A stretch of 64,000 nt of DNA from Patescibacteria group bacterium (GCA_028714455.1 JAQTMG010000003.1:39834-103833); one strand, 5' to 3'. Shown: positions 25,561-36,433, counted from the first letter of the stretch. Notes: generated from the letters alone by a model not told the origin. Program-made: numbers and translations.

Positions 25561-26817
25561 TTATTTATTTGCGTTCTTGCTGGTAAGAATTTGTACCGCC
25601 TTATCAAGCTGCGGATCTTTATTCTCGTTAAAATCCTGATCGGTTAATTTTATCTGAATATCCGGCTCGATCCCCTGCCCGTCAATCGTGTTTTCATTGG
25701 GCGTTAGCCAGAGAGCGATTGTCAACTTGATTGAAGAACCGTCATCCAGCGGAAACAAAGTCTGCACCGAACCCTTGCCAAATGTCTTTTCTCCGACCAG
25801 TGTCGCCAGTTTATAATCCTTAAGAGCGCCGGCAACTATCTCGGAGCCTGAAGCGCTGCCGCCGTTTATCAAAACAACCGTCGGAAAATCTTTAAAAAGA
25901 GCTTTCCCATTTGCGTCATTGGCTTTGAGTTTGCCGTCCGCTGACTTTTCATAAACTACGACTCCCTTATCAACCCATTCACTAGTTACGTCAACGGCCG
26001 TGTCCAAAAAACCGCCAGGGTTGTTTCTCAAATCCAAGACAATCCCCTTGGGATTTTTCGCAATTATTTGATTAACGATCTTGCTAAATTCGGCTGACGT
26101 GTCTTCGTTAAAATATCGCAGATCGATTTGGGCGATGTCGTTGTCCAACATTTTCCAAGTTACGCTCTGGATCTTAATGGTTTGTCTGGTGAGTTTTATT
26201 TCTTTTGGTTTATCCCAGCCCTCGCGATTAATTGTCAAAACGACGTCCGTTCCCCTTTGACCGCGAATTTTATTAACGGCATAATCCAGACTCATGGCTG
26301 TCGTATCCTCGCCGTCGATGGCCAAAATTTTATCGCCTGACTTGAGCCCCGCTTTTTCCGCCGGGGAGCCCGGTAACGAGGCAATAATCGTGATCACGTT
26401 ATTTTTTATGGCTACCTCGGCGCCGATGCCGTCAAAATTTCCCTTTAATTCGTTGGTGAATTTTTGGGTTGTCTCGGGGTCGAAAAAAACAGAGTGCGGA
26501 TCGCCCAGTGAGGCAACACTCCCGGCCATCGCCCCGTAAAGCAATTCTGTCTCGGAAACCGGCTGATGAACGTAATTTTTTTTGATTATGTCCCAGGTCT
26601 GCCAGAACAGATCGAAATTCGCGTTTTTAGATAAAAAGCCGGACCTCATGTTCTGGTTCGTAACCGATCCGCTGACAAAGTTTTGGTTGGTGGAAACGCC
26701 GCTCTGCCTGCCTAAAAAAATGCCGCCCAAAAAAACAAATAGAATCAATAAAATGACTAAGTAATAATTGATGAATTTTTTGAAAAAAATATTCTCTCTC
26801 ATCTTATCCCAAATCAT
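25561..26817 (-). CDS. Carboxyl-terminal processing protease (S41 family) with PDZ domain
   Basis: TM anchor, PDZ domain (GSPAEKAGLKSGDKILAIDGE) and S41 catalytic region (LINGGSASGSEIVAGALKD). Confidence 0.8.
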   Translation of the reverse strand: MIWDKMRENIFFKKFINYYLVILLILFVFLGGIFLGRQSGVSTNQNFVSGSVTNQNMRSGFLSKNANFDLFWQTWDIIKKNYVHQPVSETELLYGAMAGSVASLGDPHSVFFDPETTQKFTNELKGNFDGIGAEVAIKNNVITIIASLPGSPAEKAGLKSGDKILAIDGEDTTAMSLDYAVNKIRGQRGTDVVLTINREGWDKPKEIKLTRQTIKIQSVTWKMLDNDIAQIDLRYFNEDTSAEFSKIVNQIIAKNPKGIVLDLRNNPGGFLDTAVDVTSEWVDKGVVVYEKSADGKLKANDANGKALFKDFPTVVLINGGSASGSEIVAGALKDYKLATLVGEKTFGKGSVQTLFPLDDGSSIKLTIALWLTPNENTIDGQGIEPDIQIKLTDQDFNENKDPQLDKAVQILTSKNANK

Positions 26818-26931
26818 AATATAATATTAATAATAACGTTATTACCATTATACCAGATTTTACTCTATGTTCAAGGTTGCCCCTTGAAAAAAATGCTAAA
26901 ATTTTCTATAATGAGTTTAACAAATAAACCT

Positions 26932-28182
26932 ATGGAACAATATATCATCAACGGCAATAAAGTACTCGGTGGCGAAATAGCTGTAGCCGGAGCCAAAAAC
27001 CAGGCGCTTAAAGTGCTGCCGGCCGCTATTTTATGTCAAAATCCTTGTCTGCTGAAAAACGTGCCGGAAATCGAAGATGTCGAGAGAATGATCGAACTTT
27101 TAACGGATTTGGGCGCCCAAATCACGCGCAAGGGCAAGGGCGAATATGAAATCTCCACTAAGGAAATAAATAAGACAAAATTAAAGCCAGAGCTGGTAAA
27201 AAAGCTCCGCGCCTCAATTATGGTCGCTGGACCGATGCTGGCGCGCTTTGGCGAAGTCACACTCGCTCATCCGGGCGGCTGCATTATTGGACAACGTCCG
27301 ATTGATTTATTTATCGAGGGATTTCAAAAATTAGGAGCGCAGATGTCAGAAGACGGCGATATCTTTACTCTGCGGGCCGAAAAACTAAGAGGCGCTGAAA
27401 TAATTTTGCCTCGCGTCTCTGTCACGGTCACGGAAAATTTGATGATGGCCGCCACTTTAGCCGAAGGGACAACACATATCAAAAATGCCGCCATGGAGCC
27501 AGAGATAGTGGCGCTGGCCGAATTTTTAAATCAGCAGGGTTCAAAAATTAAAGGTGCTGGCACGCCGGAGATTCTCATCGAGGGCGTTAAAGAATTAAAA
27601 GGCGGCGAAGTAAAAATTATTCCGGATCGCATCGAGTGCGGTACTTTTATCATGCTCGGCCTTATCACCAACGGCCAGATAAAAATCACTAACTGTGAGC
27701 CGAAACACATTGAAAATCTTCTCTACTCCCTGGATAAAGCCGGAGCTAAATTAGAAATCGGTCAGGATTATATCGTAACTCATCCTTCTAACCTGAAAGG
27801 CGTAGATATTGTCACTCACGAATATCCTGGCTTCCCCACGGATTTACAGGCACCTTTTACAGTGCTCATGACTCAAGTTAAAGGAACTAGTCTGATTCAT
27901 GAAACGATTTTTCCAGGCCGTTTATTTTACACGGACATACTAAATCAAATGGGCGCCAATATCATTATGTGCGACCCGCATCGCGTGGTGGTCACGGGCC
28001 CGACCAAATTATACGCCAAAAAATTAGTCAGCCCGGACTTGAGAGCCGGCATGGCTCTAATTTTGGCGGCTTTAGTCGCTGAAGGCAGTTCCATTATTGA
28101 AAATATCTATCAGATTAATCGCGGCTATGAAAATATCGTGGCGCGGCTGCAGAAAATCGGCGCCGACATCAAGCAAGTCTAA
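26932..28182 (+). CDS. murA: UDP-N-acetylglucosamine 1-carboxyvinyltransferase MurA
   Basis: GEIAVAGAKNQALKVL, the catalytic Cys-containing loop and EPT fold. Start chosen at MEQYIING; the ORF track extends to 26884. Confidence 0.85.
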   Translation: MEQYIINGNKVLGGEIAVAGAKNQALKVLPAAILCQNPCLLKNVPEIEDVERMIELLTDLGAQITRKGKGEYEISTKEINKTKLKPELVKKLRASIMVAGPMLARFGEVTLAHPGGCIIGQRPIDLFIEGFQKLGAQMSEDGDIFTLRAEKLRGAEIILPRVSVTVTENLMMAATLAEGTTHIKNAAMEPEIVALAEFLNQQGSKIKGAGTPEILIEGVKELKGGEVKIIPDRIECGTFIMLGLITNGQIKITNCEPKHIENLLYSLDKAGAKLEIGQDYIVTHPSNLKGVDIVTHEYPGFPTDLQAPFTVLMTQVKGTSLIHETIFPGRLFYTDILNQMGANIIMCDPHRVVVTGPTKLYAKKLVSPDLRAGMALILAALVAEGSSIIENIYQINRGYENIVARLQKIGADIKQV

Positions 28183-28188
28183 AAAAAT

Positions 28189-29565
28189 ATGACTCTAAAA
28201 ACCAGAAGAATAATCATGTTTGTTTTTATCGGGGCTTTTTTTATAATAGCTCCGATTTTGGTTTTTTATGCCTCGGGTTATCGTTTTGATTTCAAAAGAG
28301 AGAGGGTGATCAAAACCGGCACTCTGATGCTTCAGGCCAATGATGTCAAGGCCAATCTTTATATAAACAATGAATTGTATGAGACGCAATTTAACGACAA
28401 AATTTTTGTGTATAACCTGCTGCCTGGCGATTATGACATTCGGCTGGAAAAAAACGGATATTATTCCTGGGAGAAAAAATTGAGCGTCTACAGCAACACC
28501 ACGACTTTTGCCCAGAATATCATTCTGTTTAAAAAAGAGGTACCGCTGCAAGTCGTCGACGGCAAGATAATTAATTTTTCCATCACGCCGGATTTTCAAA
28601 AATTAGTCTATCTGCTTGAAGTAAATTCATCTTGGAATTTATATGATTACAACATAGGAACCAGAGAAAACGCGCTTTTGGCCGCTCTTACGCCGGGCAA
28701 GAGCTCTGAATTATCTTTCGCGGCCAGCAACAAAAAAATTCTGCTAAAAGTGGGTAGTCAATATTTTGTTTATGACATCGAGAATCAAAAAAGCGGATCC
28801 GATCTTAAAAGCATTATCAGCTTCGCGCCCCAAAATTTAAAATGGGACCTCCAGAGCGACAACCTCTTATACGCGGAGTATAAAAATTCGATCTACAGCG
28901 TCAACATCTTTGACAAAAAAGTGGAAAAAATCTTTGAAAATAAAGAAAACATTAACTCGGAATTTTATCTGGAGGGCAATGACGTTTTTTACATCCAACA
29001 AGAAAAAGATAGAAACACTCTTTACAAATACAATCTGATTTCAAAAACAACCAAAAGAGTTCTTGACCTGGCCGAATCGAAAAACTATTTATTCACAAAA
29101 AGCAATGGCAGTTACATCGGCCTGATTGACAGAGACCACGCTAAATTTTATTTAATCAAAAAAACCAACGAGGGCCAGGAAATCAGCATAAATTCCGGAG
29201 AACCCATAAAAGAGTTTAACGCCAAGGGAGCACTCTGGGACAGGGACGGCAAGCAGGTCTTACTCTATAATGATTTTGAGATTTACATCTACAACCCATC
29301 AACTGGCGAAGAAAACATTATCAATCGATATGGCGAGGTAGTTCAAAAAGCTCTTTGGTACCCAAACCTCTATTATATTGTCATTCAGTTCGACGACTCC
29401 GTGCAGATTATCGATCTGACACTCACTAACGGCACCCACGCGGTTACCGAAATTTTAGGCGCCGACAAAATATCGAATTTTTATCTTGACGAAAACGGCA
29501 ACACGATATTTTTCGACGGCTCGCTGGGCAAACAAGAAGGCCTCTATAAATTAAAAATAAGATAA
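28189..29565 (+). CDS. Hypothetical membrane-anchored protein with PEGA-like domain and C-terminal beta-propeller-like region
   Basis: N-terminal TM segment; PEGA-like segment LPGDYDIRLEKNGYYSWEKKLSV. Confidence 0.4.
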   Translation: MTLKTRRIIMFVFIGAFFIIAPILVFYASGYRFDFKRERVIKTGTLMLQANDVKANLYINNELYETQFNDKIFVYNLLPGDYDIRLEKNGYYSWEKKLSVYSNTTTFAQNIILFKKEVPLQVVDGKIINFSITPDFQKLVYLLEVNSSWNLYDYNIGTRENALLAALTPGKSSELSFAASNKKILLKVGSQYFVYDIENQKSGSDLKSIISFAPQNLKWDLQSDNLLYAEYKNSIYSVNIFDKKVEKIFENKENINSEFYLEGNDVFYIQQEKDRNTLYKYNLISKTTKRVLDLAESKNYLFTKSNGSYIGLIDRDHAKFYLIKKTNEGQEISINSGEPIKEFNAKGALWDRDGKQVLLYNDFEIYIYNPSTGEENIINRYGEVVQKALWYPNLYYIVIQFDDSVQIIDLTLTNGTHAVTEILGADKISNFYLDENGNTIFFDGSLGKQEGLYKLKIR

Positions 29566-29598
29566 CAAAAATACCCCCGCGGAACGGGGGCATTTTTA
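29566..29598. terminator. Bidirectional rho-independent terminator
   Basis: ACCCCCG-CGGAA-CGGGGGC hairpin flanked by an A-run and a T-run. Confidence 0.6.
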
Positions 29599-29602
29599 TA
29601 TT

Positions 29603-30403
29603 CTATTTTTTGAATTCTATTTCATCGCCATAAATTTCCCGAAGCAAAGATTTTACGTCAAATTCTTCAATTATCGCCGCTCTCATATTGGCTCGCAATA
29701 AAGAGGCAAAAGTGCCCGCGTCAGTCCAGGCATGACACAAAATCTCATAAGTCATGCCGCCCGATCTGACGTAAAAATTATTTACGTCGGTGATTTCTAG
29801 TTCTCCCCTGCCAGATGGTTGCAGACTGCTGATAATATCCCAAACTTGCTTATCGTACATGTAAAGCCCGGTCACGGCCAAATTGGATTTTGGTGAAAGA
29901 GGTTTTTCTTCGATCTCCGTTATCTTGCCGCCTTCAATATTAGCCACGCCAAATCTCTCCGGATCAGGAACTTTCTTCAAAAATATCTTTGCGCCACCTA
30001 CCTGTTTTTGAAATTCAATGGCAGCGCCGGCGATATCATCCTCAAAAATATTATCGCCTAAAATCACGATGATTTTCTCATTTCTGGCAAAGTCTTTGGC
30101 CAGGTCCAGGGCCTGCGCGATGCCGCCCGGATTTTTTTGCACGGCAAAACTGAACTTTATGCCAGCGAAATCAGGGTTTTTATCAAAGAGGCGCTTAAAA
30201 TGATCAGCGTGCTCTTTGCCGCTGACAATCATAATATCGTTTAGGCCAGCCTTAATCAGAGTGCGCAGAGGATAATAAATCATGGGCTTGTTAAAAACCG
30301 GCAGTAGATGCTTATTTGTTACGGCAGTGCAGGGAAAAAGTCGCGAACCGGTTCCGCCCGCCAAAATTATACCTTTCATAGGTTTATAATTAGCAATTTT
30401 CAT
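29603..30403 (-). CDS. rfbA: Glucose-1-phosphate thymidylyltransferase (RmlA-like nucleotidyltransferase)
   Basis: GIILAGGTGSRLFP and LGDNIF motifs. The alternative start MKGIILAGG at 30379 may be the true one. Confidence 0.7.
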   Translation of the reverse strand: MKIANYKPMKGIILAGGTGSRLFPCTAVTNKHLLPVFNKPMIYYPLRTLIKAGLNDIMIVSGKEHADHFKRLFDKNPDFAGIKFSFAVQKNPGGIAQALDLAKDFARNEKIIVILGDNIFEDDIAGAAIEFQKQVGGAKIFLKKVPDPERFGVANIEGGKITEIEEKPLSPKSNLAVTGLYMYDKQVWDIISSLQPSGRGELEITDVNNFYVRSGGMTYEILCHAWTDAGTFASLLRANMRAAIIEEFDVKSLLREIYGDEIEFKK

Positions 30404-30496
30404 ATATCAATTTGCAATAAATTTTCAATTTAACAATTTTCAATTTTTTGGCAGTTGATCATTGATAATTGATAATTTAATGAAAATTGTAAATTG

Positions 30497-31348
30497 TTAA
30501 TTGTTAATTGATTTAATATATTCTTTTAACGCCTTCTGCCAATTCCTCGTTTTCGGCAATTTTGTGTTTATTAAAGACGAGTACGGCGGCCTTTTGGCCG
30601 GCAAAGGATATTCTGCCGTCGAGCAGGGCCTGACTTTAACTTTCAGCTTCTGCAACTTGCAGATCTTTTTCGCAAATTCATACCAGGTAATGCCGCCTTT
30701 TTTCGTCTCGTTGGTGATGTGATAAATACCAAAAGGCAAATCATTATTTAAAATATATAAAATTTGCCTGGCCAAGTCAACCGTGTAAGTCGGCTTGCCA
30801 AACTGATCATTGATAACTTTCAACTCTTTTTTTTCTCGGCCCAAGCGTGAAATCGTATCCACGAAATTTTTGCCATGTCTGCCATAAAGCCATGAAGTTC
30901 TAACCAAATAATATTTATCTAGCTTCGCCAGTGCTTTTTCGCCAAGCAGTTTTGAGGCGCCATATATGCTCGATGGCCAAAATTCTTGCGAATTTTCAAT
31001 GTAACCTTTCTTATTTTTTCCGTCAAAGACATAATCAGTGGAGATCTGGACAAAAATGGCCCCTATTTTCCTGGCTATATCAGTCAGATAACCAACTGCT
31101 AACCCGTTCACCATCGTGGCCTTATCAACCTCCTCTTCGCAAGCGTCAACATTAGTAAAAGCAGCGCAATTAAGTATAATATCTGGTTTCAAATCGCCAA
31201 TTTTTGAGTCAACCTGATTTTTATCAATAATATCAATATCATCAAAATCCCAAAGCGTCAAATTATAAAACGAGAAAATCTTGGCTAAATCAGTGGCCAG
31301 CATTCCCTTCGCTCCCAAAATCAATATTTTTTTATTCTTATCTAGCAT
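30497..31348 (-). CDS. rfbD: dTDP-4-dehydrorhamnose reductase
   Basis: KILILGAKGMLATDL Rossmann motif and RmlD-like length and motifs. Confidence 0.7.
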   Translation of the reverse strand: MLDKNKKILILGAKGMLATDLAKIFSFYNLTLWDFDDIDIIDKNQVDSKIGDLKPDIILNCAAFTNVDACEEEVDKATMVNGLAVGYLTDIARKIGAIFVQISTDYVFDGKNKKGYIENSQEFWPSSIYGASKLLGEKALAKLDKYYLVRTSWLYGRHGKNFVDTISRLGREKKELKVINDQFGKPTYTVDLARQILYILNNDLPFGIYHITNETKKGGITWYEFAKKICKLQKLKVKVRPCSTAEYPLPAKRPPYSSLINTKLPKTRNWQKALKEYIKSINN

Positions 31349-31431
31349 GTCTTAAATTTTAGCCGAAAAATTAATTTTTAGCAATAAAAAAGCCCCTATC
31401 AATGATAAGAGCTTTTAGGCGCTTCCTTTCT

Positions 31432-31872
31432 CTACGGCGGCTTATAAGTAGATTCAATCTTTTTAAACAAGATTGCGAGAATTAATCCCGCCCAATATTC
31501 TTCCTTTGGCATTCCTCTGGCTGCCTTAAGCACGCATCTCTTGGCTTCATCCCATTCGCCTTCTTCTTTGAAATAATGTGCCAAAATACCATAGATAAGC
31601 GGCACCTTCTCGTCTTTGTTGATTTCCTTAAGCCACTTGATTATTTGAACCCTGAAAACTGTGGAGTCCAACTTCTTCATCTCCAGATTCATAAAGGCCT
31701 CGAACTCATCCTTGTTGAATTTTTCATTCAGCCGCAGAATCTTTAACCTTACCTCTTCGAGGAATTTGGCATCTTGAGAATTGGCCACCCAGATCACCTC
31801 CTTTTTAAGGTTCTCTTTTTGATTAATAACTATAGCAAAAGCAGCAGTTTTGTCAAGCCATAGATTTGACAA
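31432..31872 (-). CDS. Hypothetical protein
   Basis: 146-aa ORF with coding-like composition. Confidence 0.3.
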   Translation of the reverse strand: MSNLWLDKTAAFAIVINQKENLKKEVIWVANSQDAKFLEEVRLKILRLNEKFNKDEFEAFMNLEMKKLDSTVFRVQIIKWLKEINKDEKVPLIYGILAHYFKEEGEWDEAKRCVLKAARGMPKEEYWAGLILAILFKKIESTYKPP

Positions 31873-31927
31873 TTCAACTTAAATATGCTATAATTATATT
31901 ATAAAATAGTATTTAACTTTATATTTT

Positions 31928-32515
31928 ATGGAACAAATACAACAACCAACAAAAAAACCTATTGGATATAGGGCCTTGTCAGAAAGTCAGCAAGACCCCA
32001 CTCCCAGAAGAAAAAGGGGCGGGATTAAACAAATAGAGATTCCCGAAGAAGAACAACCCATAGATAAGGTAGAGGGTGTTGTAACTTTGGGTGAATTTGA
32101 AGGAGAAACGGGTCGAGAGCGCGAACAAAAAAAGATTCAAGAGTTAGCAATCCTTGAAAAAGGTTTTGAATCAAGCACTCCTGCCGATCTTTATAAATTT
32201 ATCTCCATGGCGGAAAAAATTAAGGAAACAGATCCTGATATTAAAATATTCCCGGAGCTAAGCGACAAATATGACAACCTGATTGGTAAGGCCATGAACT
32301 TACTCAAAACAAAAAATATACTAGATTTGACTACTAAAGAGATCCTGGATTTGAGAAAAAATAAACTGTCACCAGAACAAAATTTCGCGGCCAAAGAAGA
32401 AATAATTAATCGTATAAACACAATTGTATCTATTGCTAAAACGGCCAGAAGTACTGGGCAGATTAAAAAATTTATCGATGACCTGAATACGCTAAAAGAA
32501 TCATTATATCAGTAA
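31928..32515 (+). CDS. Hypothetical protein (charged, helical)
   Basis: 195-aa ORF followed by a strong terminator. Confidence 0.35.
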   Translation: MEQIQQPTKKPIGYRALSESQQDPTPRRKRGGIKQIEIPEEEQPIDKVEGVVTLGEFEGETGREREQKKIQELAILEKGFESSTPADLYKFISMAEKIKETDPDIKIFPELSDKYDNLIGKAMNLLKTKNILDLTTKEILDLRKNKLSPEQNFAAKEEIINRINTIVSIAKTARSTGQIKKFIDDLNTLKESLYQ

Positions 32516-32517
32516 TA

Positions 32518-32554
32518 TAAAAAAATCGTCCCGCTTATGGGACGATTTTTTTGT
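32518..32554. terminator. Bidirectional terminator
   Basis: ATCGTCCC-GCTTAT-GGGACGAT hairpin between an A7 run and a T7 run; overlaps the stop codon of the VanZ-like gene. Confidence 0.6.
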
Positions 32555-32981
32555 TTAGCTTTAAGAGTTCTTTGTGCCGGTGGTTAATATATATGAGCCA
32601 GGCCGAAATTAACGCTCCGGTTGAATCAATTAAAACGTCTCGATAAGTTCCGACCCTATTTAAGGTAAATGTCTGGTGGAATTCATCGGAGATGGCGTAC
32701 AAAATTGTGAAAATTAATGCCCAAACTATATTCCAGATATAATGCCTCTTCTCTGTTTGCCCCAAAATACGAAAAATCAGGAGGGTTAAGACCGCGTATT
32801 CAAACATGTGGGCTATCTTTCTTAAAATAAATTCCCAGATGTCAGTCGCAACTATAAAGTTAAGCGATTTTGAGGATAAATAATAAATCGCCAGCATCCA
32901 GATGATCGCTGACGCCCATTTTTCATAACTCTGAAAATTTTTATTGGCCAAAATTTTCTCAATTTTTGATTTCAAGCCCAT
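32535..32981 (-). CDS. VanZ-like family membrane protein
   Basis: Four TM helices plus VanZ motifs (RKIAHMFEYAVL, SDEFHQ). Confidence 0.55.
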   Translation of the reverse strand: MGLKSKIEKILANKNFQSYEKWASAIIWMLAIYYLSSKSLNFIVATDIWEFILRKIAHMFEYAVLTLLIFRILGQTEKRHYIWNIVWALIFTILYAISDEFHQTFTLNRVGTYRDVLIDSTGALISAWLIYINHRHKELLKLNKKIVP

Positions 32982-32983
32982 AT

Positions 32984-33991
32984 TTATCTTTCTTCGTACT
33001 GTTTTTTATAATAATCTTTATATTCCCCAGATTTAATTTTTTTCCACCACTGCTGATTATTTTTGTACCATTCAACCGTTTGCCTCAAACCATCTTCAAA
33101 TTTAATCCGCGGCTGCCAGTCCAGCTCTTTTTTTATTTTGGAAAAATCAACGGCATAGCGCCTGTCATGCCCTGCCCTGTCTTTGACATATTCAATCATT
33201 TCTTCGCCCTGGCCAAATTCATTTAAAATAAATTCTGTGATTTCCAAATTTGTTTTTTCACTGGCGCCGCCCAGACAATATGTTTCGCCAATTTTGCCAT
33301 TGTGCAAAATCAAATCAACTCCCCTATTATGGTCATCGACATGTATCCAGTCGCGCACATTCAAACCATCACCATAAACCGGCACTTTTTTCCCCTCAAT
33401 TAAATTGGTCACAAAAAGTGGAATCAATTTCTCGGGAAACTGATATGGTCCATAATTATTTGAGCAATTGGAAATAGTAATCGGTAGGCCAAAACTATGA
33501 TAATAAGAGCGCACCAGATGGTCAGAAGCCGCTTTACTGGCCGAATACGGGCTTCTGGGGTCATAGGGCGTTTTTTCATTAAAAGCCTTGTCTTCGGGGC
33601 CCAATGAACCGAAAACCTCATCAGTAGAAACGTGGTGAAATCTTTTATTACCATTTAATTTGGCGGCATCCAATAAAGTTCTTGTGCCCTCGATATTTGT
33701 TTTCACAAAATCACCGCTGTCAATTATTGAACGGTCAACGTGAGTTTCCGCGGCAAAATTAATAATTGCGTCGACTTCTCCAACTAATTTATTCACCAAA
33801 TCAAAGTCGCATATATCACCTTTCACAAATTTATAATTGGAATTATTCTCAATGTCTTTCAAATTCTCCAAATTGCCGGCATAAGTCAATTTGTCCAAAT
33901 TAACAATCTGATCATTTGGATGATTTTTCAAATAATAGCGTATAAAGTTTGAACCGATAAACCCGGCGCCGCCGGTAATAAGTAGTTTCAT
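32984..33991 (-). CDS. rfbB: dTDP-glucose 4,6-dehydratase
   Basis: MKLLITGGAGFIGSNF and catalytic YSASKA with RmlB-like length; start moved to MKLLITGG. Confidence 0.85.
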   Translation of the reverse strand: MKLLITGGAGFIGSNFIRYYLKNHPNDQIVNLDKLTYAGNLENLKDIENNSNYKFVKGDICDFDLVNKLVGEVDAIINFAAETHVDRSIIDSGDFVKTNIEGTRTLLDAAKLNGNKRFHHVSTDEVFGSLGPEDKAFNEKTPYDPRSPYSASKAASDHLVRSYYHSFGLPITISNCSNNYGPYQFPEKLIPLFVTNLIEGKKVPVYGDGLNVRDWIHVDDHNRGVDLILHNGKIGETYCLGGASEKTNLEITEFILNEFGQGEEMIEYVKDRAGHDRRYAVDFSKIKKELDWQPRIKFEDGLRQTVEWYKNNQQWWKKIKSGEYKDYYKKQYEER

Positions 33992-34203
33992 AGTATTATG
34001 AACCACGAAATTTTTTCACGAAAGGCACTAAAATTTCGTGTTATTTAGTGAATTATTTTCGTGTTTCAGATATCAATATTTATAAATCCAATTTATCAAA
34101 AAAACCATAATAAATCAACCCAAAATAAAAAGTCCCGCCGCGAGTGCAACGGGACTTAAAATTGAATTTTTCAAAAGTTCAAAAACATCAAGATTTCAAG
34201 GGT

Positions 34204-34999
34204 TCAAAAACTGAACTTCCGAGATAGGACAACGCGCAAGTCGTCATCGGAGCAATCGACCAAGCCGCCGCTGACAATGAGGCCACCGGAACCAAAGACG
34301 CCGACACCGACGCGGTTGTCATTGGAAGCCGCCGTAGCACCCCAATGGTACCAGTCTTCCGCAATTCGCTCGCCGTTATTGACCATAAAAATGGTCAGGA
34401 TGGCTTCGGCAAAGGCTGCCTCATGACAACGTTCGTAGCCCGCGCCCAGTTCGGTTATCGCTTTTCCCTGCTCCACCCAATTCATGTTGGCGAACTGGCC
34501 GCGGAAGTTGATGAGGTAATAGCCGGTTTGGGGCCTGAAAGTCGCCCACTTGTCCTCGTCGCTCTCGAGCCACCAGTCGTCGTTGGCAAAGGTGTCAAAA
34601 CAGGGCTGTTCGGCCCTATTAACGCCGCGCTTTTCTCTCTGCTCGCGCAGAGAAAGGCCATTGATGTAAACTAGACGCCAATCTTCGCCTTGTTCATTCT
34701 CTTTAGCCGCGTGACGCAAGGTTGCCTTGGAATAGAGGACTTTATCGTCTTTTGGCGACTCCAGTCCCCAGACCCCGGCAGATTGCTTTGCGACAATAAC
34801 ATTATCCCTCCCAAAAAGACGTAAAATAAACTCCCAATCTGGATATTCCCTGGCCTCAAAGGGATTTTTGTGGTCAATCAATGCCTGCAGATGGTCCGTA
34901 TCCAAAGAACCTCGTTTGAGCTGCGAAAAAATTTCCGCCATTTGGTTAATCACCTTTTGACCTGCCCTTACGGACAAATCTTCCTGACGATCTTTCATC
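34204..34999 (-). CDS. Hypothetical protein in a strongly GC-rich island (likely horizontally acquired)
   Basis: GGAGG RBS before ATG 34999 (MKDRQEDLS..). GC content is far above flanks and no family was recognised. A terminator hairpin GTCCCG..CGGGAC lies at 34136-34162. Confidence 0.45.
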
Positions 35000-35247
35000 G
35001 CCTTTCCTCCTTTGCCTTTTTCAAGGCATGTTTTTTCGCCCATACGGACGATGTTTTGTGGTTAGTTAACCAGTTACGCGTTTTTATCTCAAATTTACAA
35101 AGAACTTATTGATTTAAAAATGTATCACTTTTTTATAAAGATGTCAATTAATACAGATGCGCTAACTAGCTGGATCGCGCGAACACTTTAGTGTGAGCCA
35201 GTCTAGTCGACACTAAAGTGTCTCTGCGAGTAGTGGCGTAAACGCAA

Positions 35248-35925
35248 TTATTTCTCGCCCTCAACCTCTTGCCAAAACCTGTCAAAAAATTTCACCATAA
35301 AATCGTGTCTTTCTTGAGCAAATTTTTTGCCTGTTTTGGTTAAAATTTTATCTTTAATCCTTTTTAATTTAAATTCATATTCCATAATGCCAGTGTCATC
35401 GACAGTATAAGAGCGATCAATTCCTCTCTGCGCATAATATTTTTCCTTGCCAGTATAAAGCGCGGTTTTATGATAGCCAGCAAAGAGAAAATCTCGGCCG
35501 ATTCCCACTGCGCCAATTGAATCTAATTTATCAGCATCATAAATTACCTTGGCTTCAATTGTTTTTGGCGCTAAACTTTTACGAAAGCGATGCGCTTCGA
35601 TACAATGTAAAATATTATCAATTTGCTCTTTGTCTAATTTATATTTTTTCAAAATCGGCTTGGCTAATTTGGCGCTTTCCTGCGCGTGACAAATTTTGCC
35701 CTTGCTTTGCATTTCTTTTTTTCTGGCAATGTCATGCCATAAAGCAGCGATTTCAATCACGCCCAAATCAGCTTTTTCTTTTTTGCCAATTTGCAAAGCC
35801 AGATTTCTCACGCGCTCAACATGCGTCCAGTCATGGCAACCGCTGGCGCCGATAAAATATTTTTTAGCTTCTTTTTCTATGGCTAAAATTATTTTTTTAG
35901 TAATTTTCATTTTATCTATATTCAA
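35248..35925 (-). CDS. HD-domain phosphohydrolase
   Basis: HD-domain motif (H..HD) within CHDWTHVERV, plus a downstream His (WHDIAR). Confidence 0.65.
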   Translation of the reverse strand: MNIDKMKITKKIILAIEKEAKKYFIGASGCHDWTHVERVRNLALQIGKKEKADLGVIEIAALWHDIARKKEMQSKGKICHAQESAKLAKPILKKYKLDKEQIDNILHCIEAHRFRKSLAPKTIEAKVIYDADKLDSIGAVGIGRDFLFAGYHKTALYTGKEKYYAQRGIDRSYTVDDTGIMEYEFKLKRIKDKILTKTGKKFAQERHDFMVKFFDRFWQEVEGEK

Positions 35926-36430
35926 TTAATTCCTTGCTATCTCTCAAAATTTTATTATCTAATTTTTCTTTGGGGTCAGGATAGCCGACCAATAGTAAAG
36001 AGATTGGTTTAAATTTTCTCTGGATATTAAATAATTTCTGGATATCTTCTTCTTTTCGAATATCATTAAATTTATGGCCAGACAAATAAACACAACCCAG
36101 GCCAAGATCGTGAATTATTAAAGCCATATTTTGTGACGCCAAAACTCCATCTTCTACAAAACTGATTGGTGATTTTTCCATGTCCACGCAAATTACTATT
36201 ATTAAATTACACGATAGAATTGCGTCCTTATTATATTTATGATTTATTTGAGAAAATTTGTTTATCAAATCCCTATTTTTTACAATAAAAAATTGCCAGG
36301 GTTGAGAGTTCTCTGAAGAAGGAGCGCACCTACCAGCATCTATAATTTTTTCAATTATTTCAGCGGGGATATCCTTAGCTAAAAATTTCCTTCTAGATCT
36401 TCGGGTTTTAATACATTGAAAAGCTTCCAT
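35912..36430 (-). CDS. Nitroreductase-family protein
   Basis: TRRSRRKF..RCAPSSENSQPWQF N-terminal signature. Confidence 0.7.
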   Translation of the reverse strand: MEAFQCIKTRRSRRKFLAKDIPAEIIEKIIDAGRCAPSSENSQPWQFFIVKNRDLINKFSQINHKYNKDAILSCNLIIVICVDMEKSPISFVEDGVLASQNMALIIHDLGLGCVYLSGHKFNDIRKEEDIQKLFNIQRKFKPISLLLVGYPDPKEKLDNKILRDSKELIEYR

Positions 36431-36433
36431 GGT

